This document shows positions 58,697 through 60,721 of a stretch of DNA of 60,721 bases, piece after piece. Under the pieces are notes generated by a model that saw only the letters and a program-made list of their open reading frames with translations, was not told where the DNA came from and ran no database searches. A program made the translations under genes and the position numbers. Every line of letters starts with the position of its first letter. The stretch's first letter is position 1. Source of the DNA: a virus (taxonomy: Duplodnaviria > Caudoviricetes); IMG/VR virus record IMGVR_UViG_3300032307_000402, positions 1-60,721 of that record; one strand, given 5' to 3'.

Positions 58697-60721
58697 TTAT
58701 TCTTGAATTTCATAAATGAAATGCATATGGAACAAGTCTGTTGTGTTTAAAGTAATTGGAGAATTGTGGTCAAATGGCTCGTCCTTAGAGTTAGTAGCAA
58801 TGTACCACAAGCTCATTGACGAAGACCCATCAGCAAGATGTCCCTTTAAACTGTAGTGATCTGTTGTTGGACCAGTATTGTGAATTGATCCAGCAAATAC
58901 GTCCGCATGCTGTTTTGCAGGGAATGGCAGGGTAACAGAATACTGTCCAGAACCAAAATTAGTAACATTGCTAAATGGCACCTGAATATTTACCACAACC
59001 ATTGAACCATACTTTAAGTATGTTCCAGTTGCTGGATTTGATGTTTGTGCAAATCCAGTTCCAGATACTTCTGGTGTCCAGCTTACTGGCTGTGGGAACA
59101 ATGCCTCTGGGCCTGGATAGGCAGTAGTCTGAACGGTATTGTCGGGGAACTTAAGACCGTTACCCTCTCCCTCAGCAAAGGTAAGCTCAACGCCATTATA
59201 CGCACCAAGATGAATGCTTCCTGGTGCTGCTAGGTTGACAATTTGTACATCACCTGGTGGAAGAATTAGTGCTGGGTTATCGTCATAAGAAGCAAATGTC
59301 CACGCATAATTTCCGTTATCTCTGGTGAATGTGTAGCTGGCTCCGTACTCAAAAGTAAAGCTTGGAGTAGTCTCGTAGTACGTATTACCTAGATCCCTGG
59401 TTACGCTACTAATGACATACTTAACGCCATCAACAATCATGAAGTCGCCAAAGTCTGGTTCAGCCAATTCAGTGTCTACTACAAAGACAACTCCGCCAGC
59501 TGGATCAATGTTTTGATATGTCCAACTAACGTCTGCTTGCTTTGACTGAACAACGGTAACCCCCTCTGAATCAGAAACTCTAACTCCTGCACGTTCTCCA
59601 CCAAGGATTAGGTCAGCACGAGAGTAGTCCTGAGCACCACCAGCACGAATGTGAATGTGATTTGGGGTTCCAAGAGTTGGGTCAATAATTAGATACTGGT
59701 CGGTATCTTCTCTATCATCATCTGGAACAATCTTGATTGTATCGTTATTGCTACCGTCACCAGAAGAATTAGCTGGGTTTGAGATATATCCATCACCAGG
59801 AAGGCGGAACCTTCCTTCTGAATCCATTGACCAGGCTAGTTCTGTGTCATCTGTATTTGTATAAAGCCTAATCTCGTCTCTAGCTTTTAGCTCAAGGTCA
59901 TCGCTGGAGTTAATGATGATATCTTTGTTTTCTGTTGTACGAATCTGGACTGCCAGCTCGTTACCCTCAATCAAGATTTCTTCATCGTCTTCGTTAATTT
60001 CAATAACTGACCTAATCTGATATCTAAACTCAAGCGAGGTTACAGTTGTAGGCTCAAGGGGGGCACCACCTATCGTGTAGAGAGTTACATTTTCGGAGTT
60101 ACCCCCAAATCCGTCAAACTCGTAGTAATCTGAACCATTTATGCTTAGAGACCTGACAGGTGCTTGGTTAAATGTTTCATTAAGGAACGTGATTAGTCCA
60201 GTAGCACCATTTAGAACTACCTGGCTGTTACCTTCTCCTGATGATGACCAAGTTGCATCGCCAGTCCAGTCACTCGTTGAGTAGGAGTTAGTGGTGCCAC
60301 CTGTGTATCCGTAAAGAGCAACGTGACCGTCATATGGGTCAAACTCAATTGCAGATCCTTGACGTAAGCTGTCACGCCTAGCCTCAATCCTTGTGCTGGT
60401 ATCTTCAGTAAACATTACGCTATTGTTGAACTCAAAGTCACCAGTTGTTAGAGACTGAATGTCACCAATGGTTGCTACACGGTTAGTTGCGTCTGGGGTA
60501 ATTGTTGCATCTCCCCAGCCAATGTAGACGTTTCCAGGTCCGTCATCTCCAGCAATTAGAGTGATGTCTCTTGCAGAGCGAAGTGATAGGTCATCCTGTG
60601 GAGTGCCAATACGAGCAGTGCCTGTAGAGGTTCTTGTAAAGGTGATGAAGTCATCGCCATCGCCATCCTTGATGGCTGTTGGAACAACAAGGTTTGCTGA
60701 TCCTCCTCCAATTATTGTAGA
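58697..60721 (-). CDS. Large acidic fibre-like structural protein (partial, 5' end outside the window)
   Basis: The frame stays open from 60721 (STIIGGGSANLVVPTAIKDGDG...) into the 572-aa track ORF. It contains LKFPDNTVQTTAY and a fibre-tip-like C-terminus (GTYLKYGSMV, YSVTLPFP). Confidence 0.7.
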   Translation of the reverse strand, partial: STIIGGGSANLVVPTAIKDGDGDDFITFTRTSTGTARIGTPQDDLSLRSARDITLIAGDDGPGNVYIGWGDATITPDATNRVATIGDIQSLTTGDFEFNNSVMFTEDTSTRIEARRDSLRQGSAIEFDPYDGHVALYGYTGGTTNSYSTSDWTGDATWSSSGEGNSQVVLNGATGLITFLNETFNQAPVRSLSINGSDYYEFDGFGGNSENVTLYTIGGAPLEPTTVTSLEFRYQIRSVIEINEDDEEILIEGNELAVQIRTTENKDIIINSSDDLELKARDEIRLYTNTDDTELAWSMDSEGRFRLPGDGYISNPANSSGDGSNNDTIKIVPDDDREDTDQYLIIDPTLGTPNHIHIRAGGAQDYSRADLILGGERAGVRVSDSEGVTVVQSKQADVSWTYQNIDPAGGVVFVVDTELAEPDFGDFMIVDGVKYVISSVTRDLGNTYYETTPSFTFEYGASYTFTRDNGNYAWTFASYDDNPALILPPGDVQIVNLAAPGSIHLGAYNGVELTFAEGEGNGLKFPDNTVQTTAYPGPEALFPQPVSWTPEVSGTGFAQTSNPATGTYLKYGSMVVVNIQVPFSNVTNFGSGQYSVTLPFPAKQHADVFAGSIHNTGPTTDHYSLKGHLADGSSSMSLWYIATNSKDEPFDHNSPITLNTTDLFHMHFIYEIQE

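Noticed and set aside
58697-60415. ORF-track start at 60415
   Set aside because: The frame is open to the window edge, so the gene is 5'-truncated here.
1-60721. tRNA genes, integrase/att sites, IS elements
   Set aside because: Intergenic gaps are short and are explained by promoters and terminators; no cloverleaf, recombinase or transposase motifs were recognised.

Overview
This is a 60.7-kb segment of a large, long-tailed dsDNA phage (siphovirus-like, roughly 40% GC), most likely infecting an actinobacterium. The host call rests on class Ib nrdI-nrdE, DnaE with an intact PHP domain, a PASTA domain and many apparently leaderless extended -10 promoters. Almost all genes are on the - strand. 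In transcription order from the right end, the window holds a large block of fibre/decoration genes (about 41.9-60.7 kb), interrupted by the only convincing + strand operon (NlpC/P60 lipoprotein plus lytic transglycosylase). Next come portal, protease/scaffold, major capsid, head-tail connectors, major tail, two paralogous tail chaperones, a 2307-aa tape measure and tail-tip genes. Then follow a replication/recombination module (DnaB, primase, SSB, DnaE, RecA, exonucleases, Cas4-like nuclease, RuvC), an IMPDH/GMPR-family gene, terminase, a stand-alone exported surface-type protein and nrdI-nrdE (partial). The most notable pattern is a three-gene cassette present three times: an adaptor with a conserved C-terminal domain, a closely coupled variable passenger that starts with a short Gly/hydrophobic peptide, and a small aromatic/Pro-rich partner. 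The three passengers are unrelated (polyglycine, LamG, PASTA plus thrombospondin-like). A second family of two proteins shares a different N-terminal tag. Other notable points: tail chaperones G and GT appear to be separate duplicated genes rather than a frameshift pair, a scaffold gene appears nested in the protease gene, and CCGG/GCGC/CGCG seem to be avoided. All calls come from reading motifs by eye; no database searches were run.
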